Below the pieces are notes generated by a model, which had not been told where the DNA came from, did not search any database, and worked only from the letters and a program-made list of their open reading frames with translations. A DNA stretch of 64,000 nt from Lingula anatina (taxonomy: Eukaryota > Animalia > Brachiopoda): assembly GCA_051362555.1 (NCBI GenBank), contig CM120641.1:28464401-28528400 (forward strand). Reading direction: 5' to 3'. Below are positions 44,871-56,214 of the stretch, piece by piece; the stretch's first letter is position 1, and each line of letters starts with the position of its first letter. The position numbers and the translations under genes were made by a program.

Positions 44871-45761
44871 GGACTAAAATGCAGAATGAGTTGGAAAAGC
44901 AGTCTAATTGGCTTCTTTTTCTGGAAGTTATACATTTGAGTGAAATATTCATTATCTTTTTGGCATATTCACTGTGGGACTCGGAGCTCCCATGGACATG
45001 AAGCCGAATGGTAATCAAATTTTCTACATGTCCATGCTATGTATTGTCAATAATCAAAAATTGGTGATAATTATTCTATAATTTATTATGTAATGTTACA
45101 TCAAAATTGACAACAATATTTTTGCATTGCTACTGCAAACATTATGATAAGAAAACTGTGTTACTTATTATTATTTTTAACTTACAAGTATGATTTTTAG
45201 GATTGGCATGCAGTTCAAATTAGAAAGCCAGGTCAATTGGGTTATCATTTATTATTGAATTTATGCAATTTTGTGTGAAATTTTCATTTTTCTCATTCTG
45301 GCACTTTCTAAGTATAAACTTGAGCTCTGATAGGCCTGAAGCCTTATGCTTTTACTTTCGTCGTTGTTACCTGTTGTGCATAATTAAAATTTGATGTTGA
45401 CTGTGCAGTAAAACATAATGTATTATTGCATCAGAATTGGTAGTCTCCTATTTTGTGCATTATTGTTTTGTGCTTTTCTTAAGATGTGACTTATGGGCCT
45501 GAAAGACCTTTGAGAGGGTCAGTCTGTTAATATTCCTTGGGTATCACTTAGCTAATTTCTGAGTTATAAAGTCATTTGCCTAATTGATAGGCCATTAAAG
45601 GAGATAACATAAAGCACACTTGTTGATATTTCCTTGTAAACTCCCAAAAGTTAAGCTCTCTGCTAGATTAATAATAAGGAAGCAGTGATAATTATGCAGG
45701 TTATTATATATATATATATAATCAAAGATTAAAAGTGAATAGCAGCTTCATTGAAATTATA

Positions 45762-45996
45762 TTTACCTCAGGCTCTGCCTGGGAGGTTATATTTTCACCC
45801 CTGTTTGTCTGTCATCAACATAACTCAAGAAGTTATGGACCGATTTTGCTGAAATTTTCAGGAACTATCACAATTGGGCCAAAGTGGACAATGATTAGTT
45901 TTTAGTGGTGGTCTGGCTCAATAATCAATCAATAATCAATAATAATCAACAATTGCTGCCTTGGCAGAGGTCTGCACTCTCGGTGGTTTTCTAGTT
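45762..45996 (+). mobile_element. Small HINE of a second family, copy 2
   Basis: Homologous to 43411-43600 with a degenerate 5' inverted repeat; ends in CTAGTT. Confidence 0.7.
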
Positions 45997-46889
45997 TTGT
46001 AATGTTTTCCTTTACAATTTTTTCTCAAACACTTGCATTTGTGACTTTTAACTCTCATCCGCTCGAGGCTCTGCACATTTTCTGTATTTCCACATAAGTA
46101 ATTGTATTGTTTTTTATGTCTTTAAACATTATATAATATTATTTTTATGCACTGTCATCATTTTTCAAATATTGAGACTTTCATCATGTGACTTTGGTCT
46201 CTCATGGTCCTGAAACTGTAATCTTATTGAAGGGGTGGATTGAGACCATCTTCTGGGTCTTCTGGAAGACAGGTTATTAAGTTTATATTGACTGGTTTTT
46301 TTCTGTTGGAAGACCATCAAAAGTGGAGGATGGATCAATAAAGATACTTTGGAATACTGTCAGAAAATATCTCTGGATCTGCTCCTGTTATTGACCATGT
46401 TACCTGTTGTGCATGATTAAAAATCAGTGTTAACTGACTGTGTTATTATAAGCATTATTTATTATTGCATCAAAATTGACAAATGACCTATTTTGCATCT
46501 TTATTTTCTGTTTTTTGTCTGTACATTTGAAAGCTTTGCTGCCTTGTTAATTCAGTTCTGGTGAAGTTATGCCTTTTTATGTACAGACACAGATGTGTCT
46601 GTACATATAGCCGTCACCTGCGTCTGTCGTCGCCGTTGCCGTTGCTGTTGGCGTGCACTTTTACCGTAAACATGATAAGTGGAAAACGGTTTTACGTTTT
46701 GACTTGAACTTATAGAACTGATGAATATTCATAATATTCAGGTCAAGTTCAAAAATCAGCATGATCGGGCCATCTTTAGGGAAGTTATGCTGGTTTTTCA
46801 CTTTTTATGTACAGACACAGATGTGTCTGTACATATAGCCATCATCTGTGTCTGTCGTCGTCACCGTCGTCGCCATCGTGCACTTTCAC

Positions 46890-47890
46890 CGATAACACAA
46901 TAAGTGAAGAACCGTTTTATCTTTTGGCTTGAAACCTGCAGAACTGATGAATATTCATGATATGCAGGTCAAGTTCGAAAATCAGCATGAATGGGTGACT
47001 TATAGGGAAGTTATGCTGTTTTTTCACTATTTTCAGCATATATGCAGCACCGATAACACGATAAGTGGAAAACCATTTTACTTTTTGGCTTGAAACTTAC
47101 AAAACTGATGAATATTCATAATTCGCAGGTCAAGTTCGAAATTCAGCATGATCGGGCAATTTTTAGGGGAGTTATGCTGTTTTTTCACTTTTTTGAACAT
47201 ATATGCAACACCGTAAACACGATAAGTGGAAAACCGTTTTACCTTTTGGTTTGAAACTTACAGAACTGATGAATATTTATAATACGCAGGTCAAGTTTGA
47301 AAATCAGCATGATTGGGTCATTTTTAGGGAAGTTATGCTTTTTTTATGTACAGACACAGATGTGTCTGTACATATAGCCGTCACCTGCGTCTGTCGTCGC
47401 CGTTGCCGTTGCCGTTGGCGTGCACTTTTACCGTAAACACGATAAGTGGAAAACGGTTTTACGTTTTGACTTGAAACTTACAAAACTGATGAATATTCAT
47501 AATATTCAGGTCAAGTTCGAAAATCAGCATGATCGGGCCATTTTTAGGGAAGTTATGCTGTTTTTTCACTTTTTTCAGCATATATGCAACACCGTAAACA
47601 CGATAAGTGGAAAACCGTTTTACCTTTTGGTTTGAAACTTACAGAACTGATGAATTTGTATAATACGCAGGTCAAGTTCGAAAATCAGCATGATCGGGTC
47701 ATTTTTAGGGAAGTTTTGCTTTTTTTTCACTTTTTTCAGCATATATGCAACACCGTAAACACGATAAGTGGAAAACCGTTTTACCTTTTGGTTTGAAACT
47801 TACAGATCTGATGAATTTTTATAATACGCAGGTCAATTCCGAAAATCAGCATGATTGGGTTATTTTTAGGGAAGTTATGCTTTTTTTTTC
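46890..47890. repeat. ~161-bp satellite-like core repeats of the HINE
   Basis: GATAAGTGGAAAAC recurs at ~47060, 47221, 47441, 47602 and 47763 (period 160-161 except across the insertion). Confidence 0.88.
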
Positions 47891-48297
47891 ACATTTTCTC
47901 TGATTCAATTCTTAGGCATGTTAATAGTCTCATTATTGAACTAATAAGATATGTAAAAGTGTTTTTTTGACATTTCCTGCATCTTTACAACATTGTTAGT
48001 TGATTATGTAAAAATGATGGTAAACTTGTTATCGTGTATTGTGTAATGAAGTGTCAAAAATGGAAATAAACACATATCATTGCAGTTTGTCAGATTCAAT
48101 CATCCACTATGTTCAGAATCTCAGAATGGAGGAAATTGGACATTTAATACTGTTCTATTGATATTTTTTCCATCTCATCAATTTTCTTAGTTGGTCATAT
48201 AAAAATGGCAGTAAACTGTTAATTTTGTTTTATGTTAAAAAAGTGTTAAAAATGGAAATAAACCCATTTCAGAAAAGTGCTGTCTTGTTTACAATTT

Positions 48298-49130
48298 GGC
48301 ATTTTCAAGATGTGACTTTGAAGTTCCATGGGCCTGAAGACCTTTGCTAGTCACATTTTCTGAATATCCATGATACTAATATTTTATAATTAAAAATTGA
48401 TGGTCATTATGCTGTTAAACATTATGTAATATTGCATCAAAATTTGAAGAAACCCCAATTTGGGCACTGCTCCCATGATGACCATTTAAGGAAAATCATG
48501 TCACTTACTGTTCTCAAACTTACAGGAAAGAAACATGGGACTAAAATACAGCTTCAGTAGGCAATGCAGTCTGTTTGGTAATTTTTTCTGGCAGTTAAAC
48601 AGTTTTTTGTGAAAATTTAATTTTTCACATATTGGCATTTTCAAGATGTGACTTTGAAGTTCCATGGGCCTGAAGACCTTTGCTAGTCACATTTTCTGAA
48701 TGTCCATGTTACTAATATTCTATTATTAAAAATTGATGGTCATTATGCTGTTAAACATTATGTAATGTTACATTAAAATTTGAAGAAACCCCTATTTTGG
48801 GCACTGCTCCCATGATGAGCACTTAAGGAAAATCATGTCACTTACTGTTCTCAAACTTACAGGAAAGAAACATGGTACTAAAATACAGCTTCAGTAGGAA
48901 ATGTAGTCCGTTTGGTAAATTTTTCTGGCAGTTAAACAGTTTTTTTGTGAAAATTTCATTTTTCACATATTGGCATTTTCAAGGTGTGACTTAGAACCTC
49001 CACGGGCTTGAAGACCCATGCTAGTCACATTTTCTGAAAATCCATGATACGTATATATTATTATTAAAATTTGATGGTCATTATGCTGTTAAGCATTATG
49101 TAATGTTGCATCAAAACAGAAGAAAACACA
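48298..49130. repeat. ~337-bp tandem unit (about 2.5 copies) inside the HINE
   Basis: GGCATTTTCAAG(A/G)TGTGACTT recurs at ~48298, ~48634 and ~48972. Confidence 0.8.
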
Positions 49131-49582
49131 ATTTTTGGTGCTGCTGCCATGATGACCATTATGGGAAAACCATGTTACTTATGACTGTCAAACTTTCAAA
49201 AAAGAAACACAGGACTAAAATGCAGCCTGAGTTGGAAAAGCAGTCTAATTGGCTTCTTTTTCTGGAAGTTATACATTTTAGTGAAAAATTCATTATTATC
49301 ATGTTGGCATATTCATTGTGGGACTCGGAGCTCCCATGGACATGAAGCCGAATAGTAATCAAATTTTCTAAATGCCCATGCTATTTATAGTAAATAATCA
49401 AAAATTGGTGATAATTATTATATAATTTATTATGTAATGTTACATCAAAATTGACAAAAATCTTTTTGCACTGCTACTGCAAACATTATGAAAAGAAAAC
49501 TGTGTTACTTATTATTATTTTTAACTTACAAGTATGATTTTTAGGATTGGCATGCAGTTCAAATTAGAAAGCCAGCTCAATT

Positions 49583-50323
49583 AGAGCGCTGAAGTTAGTG
49601 TCTAGTTTCTAGTTTCCAGTGTCGTTTTTCAAAAACGATTCTGGCAACCAGAAACTAGTGTCGTTTTTCAAAAACGATTCTGGCAACCAGAAACTAGTGT
49701 CGTTTTTCAAAAACGATTCTGGCAACCAGAAACCAGTGTCGTTTTTCAAAAAACGATTCTGGCATCCAGAAACTAGTGTCGTTTTTCAAAAACGATTCTG
49801 GGAAGCCAGAATCGTTTTTGCGAAGAGAAACAGGGGTGGGCAGAAGGAGAGGCAACAAGCGGTGTGCGTGTACCGCGACCAGGTAACCCTCACCGCGAAA
49901 GCCGGGCAGGGTTTTACGGTCTCTCGTCGACGTGCACTGAGACCGAGACTGTCGCTGATTATTGCCTACGGGGTACGGGCAACTCTCATCGCAGAAGCTT
50001 GACAGCATGTTTACAGTGTTACGGTCTTTCCTCGCCGCGCTGGGATGCCGAGTTGACCGCCGCTACCAGTCACAGGCAGCCTGCACAGTGGAAGCCGAAA
50101 ATGGAGTTTAAGTGGGGGGTGGGGGTGGGGTGGGGGGAATAAGGGTGAGGTTGAAGAGGGGAAAGGGGCCCCCGGTGCCTCCCTTCGTAGTTTGAGATAT
50201 AATTTTGAATTTTATTGAATTTTTCAAAAACGATTCTGATGCCCTGAAACCAGTGTCTTTTTTTGAAAAACGATTCTGGCAACCAGAAACCAGTGTCGTT
50301 TTTCAAAAACGATTCTGAGAAGC
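49583..50323. mobile_element. 740-bp insertion with 39-bp double-hairpin tandem repeats flanking a GC-rich core
   Basis: Absent from the sister copies at ~42795 and ~45235. Unit CTAGTGTCGTTTTTCAAAAACGATTCTGGCAACCAGAAA occurs ~5x on the left and ~3x on the right. Confidence 0.6.
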
Positions 50324-50776
50324 CAATTTTGTGTGAAATTTTCATTTTTCTCATTCTGGCACTTTCAAAGTATAAACTTAAACTCTGATGGGCCTGAAGC
50401 CTTATGCTTTTACTTTTGTTGGTGTTAACCTGTTGTGCATAATTAAAATTTGATGTTGACTGTGCAGTTAAACATAATGTATTATTGCATCAGAATTGGT
50501 AGTCTCCTATTTTGTGCATTATTGTTATGTGCTTTTCTTAAGATGTGACTTATGGGCCTGAAAGACCTTTGAGAGGGTCAGTCTATAAATTTCCCTTGGG
50601 TATCACTTAGCTAAGTTCAGAGTTATAAAGTCATTAATAGGCCATTAAATGAGATAACATAAAGCACACTTGTTGATATTTCCCTGTAAACTCCCAAAGG
50701 TTAAGCTCTCTGCTAGATTAATAATAAGTAAGCAGTGATAATTATGCAGGTAAATTTTGTTTAATATTGCAAATAA

Positions 50777-50825
<49 letters not shown>

Positions 50826-50867
50826 AAAAAGATTAAAAGTTTGAATGGCAGCATCATTGGAATTATA

Positions 50868-51083
50868 TTTACCTCTGCCAAGGAGGTTATGTTTTCACCC
50901 CTGTTTGTCTGTCATCAACATAACTCAAAAAGTTACGGACCGATTTTGATGAAATTTTCAAAAGAAGTGGGCAAGGAGGACAATGATTAGTTTTTGGTGG
51001 TGGTCCGGATCAATAATCAATCAATAATAATCAACAATTGCTGTCTTGGCAGAGGTCTGCGCTCTTGGAGTGCTTTTCTAGTT
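50868..51083 (+). mobile_element. Small HINE of a second family, copy 3
   Basis: ACCTCTGCCAAGG ... CTTGGCAGAGGT, hairpin GCGCTCT-T-GGAGTGC, CTAGTT. Confidence 0.75.
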
Positions 51084-54000
51084 TTGTTATGTTTTCCTTT
51101 TTAATTTTTTCTCAAACACTGGCATTTGTGACTTTTAACTCCCATCCGCCTGAGGCTCTGCACATTTTCTGTATTTCCACATAAGCAGTTATATTGGTTT
51201 TTATGTCTTTAAACATTGTGTAATATTATTTTATGCACTGTCATCATTTTTCAAATATTGGGACTTTCATCATGTGAATTTGAACTCCTACGATCCTGAA
51301 AGTGTAATCTTATTAAAGGGATGGATTGAGACCATCTTCTGGCTCTTCCTGAAGACGGTCAGGTTTTTAAGTTTATATTGACCGATATTTATTTTTTTTT
51401 CTGTTGGAAGACCATCAAAATGGAGGATGGATCAACAAAGATACTTTGGAATACTGCCAGATAATATCTCTGGGTCCGCTCCTGTTATTGACCATGTTAC
51501 CTGTTGTGCATGATTAAAATTCAGTGTTGACTAACAGTGCTATTATAAGCATTATTTATTATTGCATCAAAATTGACAAAATGACCTATTTTGCATCATT
51601 ATTTTCTGTTTTTTGTCTGTACATTTGACAGCTTTGCTGCCTTGTTTCACATTTTCTCTGATTCAATTCTTAGGCTTGATAATAGTCTCATTATTGAACT
51701 AATAAGATATGTAAAAGTGTTTTGTAATTGTGTAATAAAGTGTCAAAAAATGGAAATAATAATAAACTCATATCTTTACAGTTTGTCAGATTCAATCATT
51801 CACCATGTTCAGAATCTCAGAATGGAGCAAACGGGTCATTTAAAATTGTTCTATTGATATTTTTCCTATGTCAACAATTTTCTCAGTTGTTCATTTAAAA
51901 ATGACAGTAAATTGATTACTTTGTTATATGAAAAAAAGGTGTTGAAAATGGAAGAAAATCAATTCAATACAGTTATCTCTTGTATACAGGTACATTTTGG
52001 CATTTTGAAAGTGTGACTCTGAACGTCCATGGCCTTGAAGACCTTTCCATGTCACATTTTCTGTATATCCATGATACTTTTATTTTATTATTAAAAATTG
52101 ATGGTCATTATGTTATATTGCATAAAAAATGAAGAAAACCCTATTTTGGAAATGGCTGCCGGAATGACCATTAAGGAAAAACCATGTTACTTATGATACT
52201 CAAACTTACTGAAAAGTTTTGTAAGACTGACATGCAGTTTGTGTTGGAAAATCAGAGTGATTGTTTTCTGTTCTGGAAGCAATGCAGCTCTATAGAGTGC
52301 TATATGGGGCTACTGTTTATGGATGGTGGTAATTGTCCCTTGGGGTAGTCACAAGCTAAATTCAGAGCTATAAAATCATTTGCCTAATTAATTTCCAAGT
52401 GCCCATTAAATAAGATTACATAAAACACACGTTGAGATTTCCCAGTAAAGTCCCATAGGTAAAGCTCTCTTAACTGTGTCACATAATTAAGAATCTGTGA
52501 TAATTATGCAGGTAAATGTTGTTTAATATTGCAAATAAGTTAACAAAAGAAAAAAAATTTGAATAACAGTGCCTTATTATCCTCAAACACATTGGGGTTA
52601 TTCATATCATGTTATTACAGCAAGATTAAAAGTTTGAATAGCAGCTTTAATGGGATATTTTTGTTGTGTTTTCTTTTTAATTTATTTTTCAAACACTGGC
52701 ATTTTCAGCTCCCATCCACCTGAAGCTCTTCACATTCTCTGTATTTCCACATAAACAGTTGCATTGGTTTTTATGTCTTTAAACATTATGTAATATTATT
52801 TTATGCATTGTCATCATTATTCAAATATTGGGATTTTCATTATGTGAATTTGGTCCTGAAACTGTAATCTTATTGCAGGGGTGGATTGAGGCCGTCTTCT
52901 GGGTCTTTCAGATTTTAAAGTTCATATTGATGGGTATCTGTTTTTTTTCTGTTGGAAGACCATCAAAAATGTAGGATGGATCAACAAAGATAATTTGGAA
53001 TACTGTCAGAAAATATCTCTGGATCCGCTCCTGTTATTGACGATGTCACCTGTTGTGCATGATTAAAATTCAGTGTTGATTGACAGTGCTATTGTAGGCA
53101 TGATTTATTATTGCATCAAAATTAACAAAATGAACCATTTTCTGCATTTTCTCAGCATATATGCAGCACTGATAACACGATAAGTGGAAAACCATTTTAC
53201 CTTTTGGCTTGAAACTTACAGAACTGATGAACATTCATAATACACAGGTCAAGTTCGAAAATTGGCTTGATTGGACTATTTTTACAAATTTAAAGTTATG
53301 CTGTTTTTTTCCATTATTCAGCATATATGCAACACTGATAACACATTTTAAGGAAAACCAATCAGCCTTTTGTCTTGAAACTAACAGGAGTGATCAGTCT
53401 GACTAATATACAGATCAAGTTTGAAAATAAGCTTGATCAGTTAAGTTTTGATGAAGTTATTAGCCTTTTTTGTATATAAGTGGGTTTTCTTCAGATTTAA
53501 TTCTTAGGCATGTTAACAGTCTCAATATGGAACAAATTAAATATGTAAAAGTGTTGTTTTGACATTTTCTGCTTCTTAAAAATATTGTTAGTTGATTATA
53601 TAAAAATGACAGTACACCTTTTATTGTGCATTGTGTAATAAAGTATCAAAAATGGAAGGGAACTCATATCATTGAAGTTCGTCAGATTCAATCATTCACT
53701 AAGTTAAGAATCTCAGAATGGAGCAAGTTGGACATTTAAATTTGTTCTATTGATATTTTTCCTTTGACAACATATTTTAATTGATCATATAAAAATGACA
53801 GTAAATCGATTATTTTTTTTCATGTAAAAAAGGTATTGAAAATGGAAATAAACTCTTTTTAATACAGTTTCTCTTGTTTAGATTTTGGGATTTTCAAAGT
53901 GTTTCTGAACTCTATGGGCTAGACACATTTTGTGAATATCCATGATAGTTTTATTTTATCATTAAAAAACTGATGGTTATTATGCTGTTAAGCATTATGT

Positions 54001-54216
54001 AATATTGCATCAAAATTTAACAAAACCCTATTTTAGGCACTGCCTCCTTAGTGACCGTGAAAGGAAAACCATGTCACTTGCTCTTTTTACACTTAAAGGA
54101 AAGAAACAGGACTGAAATACAGCTTCAGTTGGAAAATCTGTCTCATTAGTTAATTTTCTGGAAGTTATAGAGGTTTTTTGTGAAAATTTTTATCTTTCAC
54201 ATACTGGAATTTTCAA

Positions 54217-56070
54217 CATTTCGGGACATAAAGGTGGGCAGTGTGGAGGAATTTCAGGGTCAGGAGAGGCTGGTCATCATGGTGTCCACCGTGAGGAGTA
54301 ACCCCGATTACCTGGCTCTGGACGCAGAGTTCAAGCTGGGCTTTTTAAAGAACCCAAAGGTCAGTCATTTGTACACTTATGCATGTGGACACACAAACTG
54401 GGGTAGAGTTAACACTGCCCAATTTAGCCAAATGCTAAAACTGACTTCAATTGGCTAAACAAAATAGGGTTGATTTGACTTATTTTAGTCAAATTTAAAC
54501 CATTTTGGAGAAAAAAGTGATGAAAAAGTAGTAATTTGGCTTTAGAAAAAATTGCTAGTGCCACCTCAGCATATGGTAATAACTTGATTTTTTTCAGTGG
54601 GGGGGAAATCGTGAATTTTACAGATGCGGTATTTTTTAGGCCATTAATTTTTAAAATTTTGATACTCCTACCCAATTCCTATTGGATGGTCACAACAGAA
54701 TAAAAAAGTAAGCTACTCTATAGTTCTAATCTGTGCAGTAAGAGTACCACTAATACTATATACTTTATGTGTTTATAAAGGTATACATTTGAAAGTTTGA
54801 TAATTTTTGCCCATTGAAAAGATAGTGTCATTACCATGATTGTGCTGTGGCATGTGTACATGCGTGAACACATAATCATAAGACTTTGTACATGTGGATG
54901 TGCACACACATATTTTGAAATGTAAGGTTATTTAAACAGCTATAGTCCATACTATTTTCATCACCATTTCTTTCCACTATGGCACTGCAGAGACTATGCC
55001 AATGTGATGCGGAATTCACAGAAGAGATATGAACAGTTAGTCTCAGACTATACTGTCTTCAGTGTTCACCCGCACATACAGTTACATGTGGGATTAATTT
55101 TTTTTTTCAGAGGTTTAACGTGTAGATCACAAGAGCAAAGGCCCTATTGATTGTTGTACGGAATCCGTTTCTTCTTTCGCAAGATGAACATTGGAACAGG
55201 TGAAGTGAATTATTTTAATTTATTTTATCAGTAAGCAAAAAAAGTTCAATCAAATTATAAGACTTTTTCAAACCAAACACAAATCAGCCATGTTAGGTTC
55301 AAAATTTTTTTCCTTTATTTAATCTTTATTTAATCTCATTGTTTCTAAGAACTCTTGTTCAGACAGACAGACAAACCAACAAAAAAAGAAATGTTAAGGA
55401 TTTAATAAAGTTCATAAATTAAATTTTTAATGTTTGTTCAGACAGACTGACAAAAAAAAAACAGAGGATAGAAAGATTAAAAAGAGAAAGCTATCATGTT
55501 TTAGTTCAGACAGACTGTTAAATGAAAAAAAATACAAAAAAAAAAGGAAAGTTAAAAAACATGTAAATTAAACTCCAAACTGACAGACAAAATAGTGTCT
55601 ACTAGGCAATTCTTTCTTTTATTGTGAATGAAAGTCCATACAGAAAGACAAAAGAAAGAAGGCAATTCTTTCTTTATTTTCAACTTCTCTTTGGTGTAGT
55701 TTCCTTAAGTACTGCCTCGAGAAAAAAGCGTACACAGGATGTGATTACGATGACCCTACTGATCAGCTCGACGATGTCGTAGAGAGGTTTGCTGCAGTGA
55801 ATATTAAGCAGTCAGGTACGAGCAGGATTTATTGCAATCAATTTCTCTGTTGAATATTTTATTTTCTCAGATTATTGGCTATAAAAAATCTAAATCATTA
55901 GGACTGAAAAGTCAGAATTTCAAATAAATTGCATGCACATGTACTATCTACTAGCTGTCATCTTGCATTTTCATTACTTAAAGTCCATTTTCAAGAGCAA
56001 CTATTTTCTTCTTGTCTGTCATGTTATTCAGACGTATGACAAGTAATGTGTCCAAGATTTATTGATTTTA

Positions 56071-56106
<36 letters not shown>

Positions 56107-56214
56107 ACTGCACCATTTAAACTTTTTTGGGAATATATTATTTTTCAAGATGTAACCATGGATGTCAGCCAGGTTCAGTTGCAAGAGGACCCCGAGTGGA
56201 GAGGAGAGGCCTAA
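54217..56214 (+). pseudogene. MOV10: 5'-truncated MOV10-like RNA helicase fragment (last four exons: ~54217-54359, 55111-55199, 55700-55815, 56150-56214) with premature stop
   Basis: [33 protein letters not shown]|RFNV*ITRAKALLIVVRNPFLLSQDEHW|SFLKYCLEKKAYTGC..|..QEDPEWRGEA* matches MOV10 helicase motifs V/VI and the PEWR C-terminus. TAG at 55123-55125. No upstream helicase exons, and the 5' end abuts repeat DNA. Confidence 0.88.

Larger units (their letters stand above)
40915..46548 (+). mobile_element. Non-autonomous Helentron-like element (HINE/DINE-1 type), with internal duplications
   Basis: 5' hairpin ATGTACAGACACA-GA-TGTGTCTGTACAT followed by a GTC/GCC microsatellite and a core repeat. 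3' sub-terminal inverted copy TGTCTGTACAT (46516), small hairpin and terminal CTTGTT. Flanked by T-runs with no TSD and no Rep/helicase ORF. Confidence 0.72.
47346..51646 (+). mobile_element. Innermost full-length HINE copy
   Basis: 5' hairpin at 47346 and 3' end TGTCTGTACAT..CAGC-TTT-GCTG..CTTGTT at 51614-51646. Joining its flanks restores GAAGTTATGCTTTT..TCACATTTTCTCTGATTC as seen intact at ~47871-47905. Confidence 0.7.
46579..54216 (+). mobile_element. Nested cluster of three further copies of the same HINE family (5' ends at 46579, 46807, 47346)
   Basis: Three repeats of the identical 5' hairpin. Interrupted copies resume at ~51647 and ~53150, and internal blocks are homologous to 40915-46548. 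Confidence 0.72.

Noticed and set aside
49619-50008. 13-aa repeat protein SFFKNDSGNQKLV
   Set aside because: By-product of a 39-bp palindromic DNA repeat, with a non-ATG start and no splice context.
41003-53406. Recurring short ORFs in the repeat nest (e.g. KTVLPFGLKLTELM, QSNWLLFLEV) as a gene family or Rep/helicase
   Set aside because: They are translations of non-coding repeat units with frame-breaking indels between copies and no HUH or helicase motifs.
55123-55125. Stop-codon readthrough or recoding rescuing MOV10
   Set aside because: The gene also lacks its 5' three-quarters and has a second damaging change (GNP to RNP); a pseudogene is simpler.
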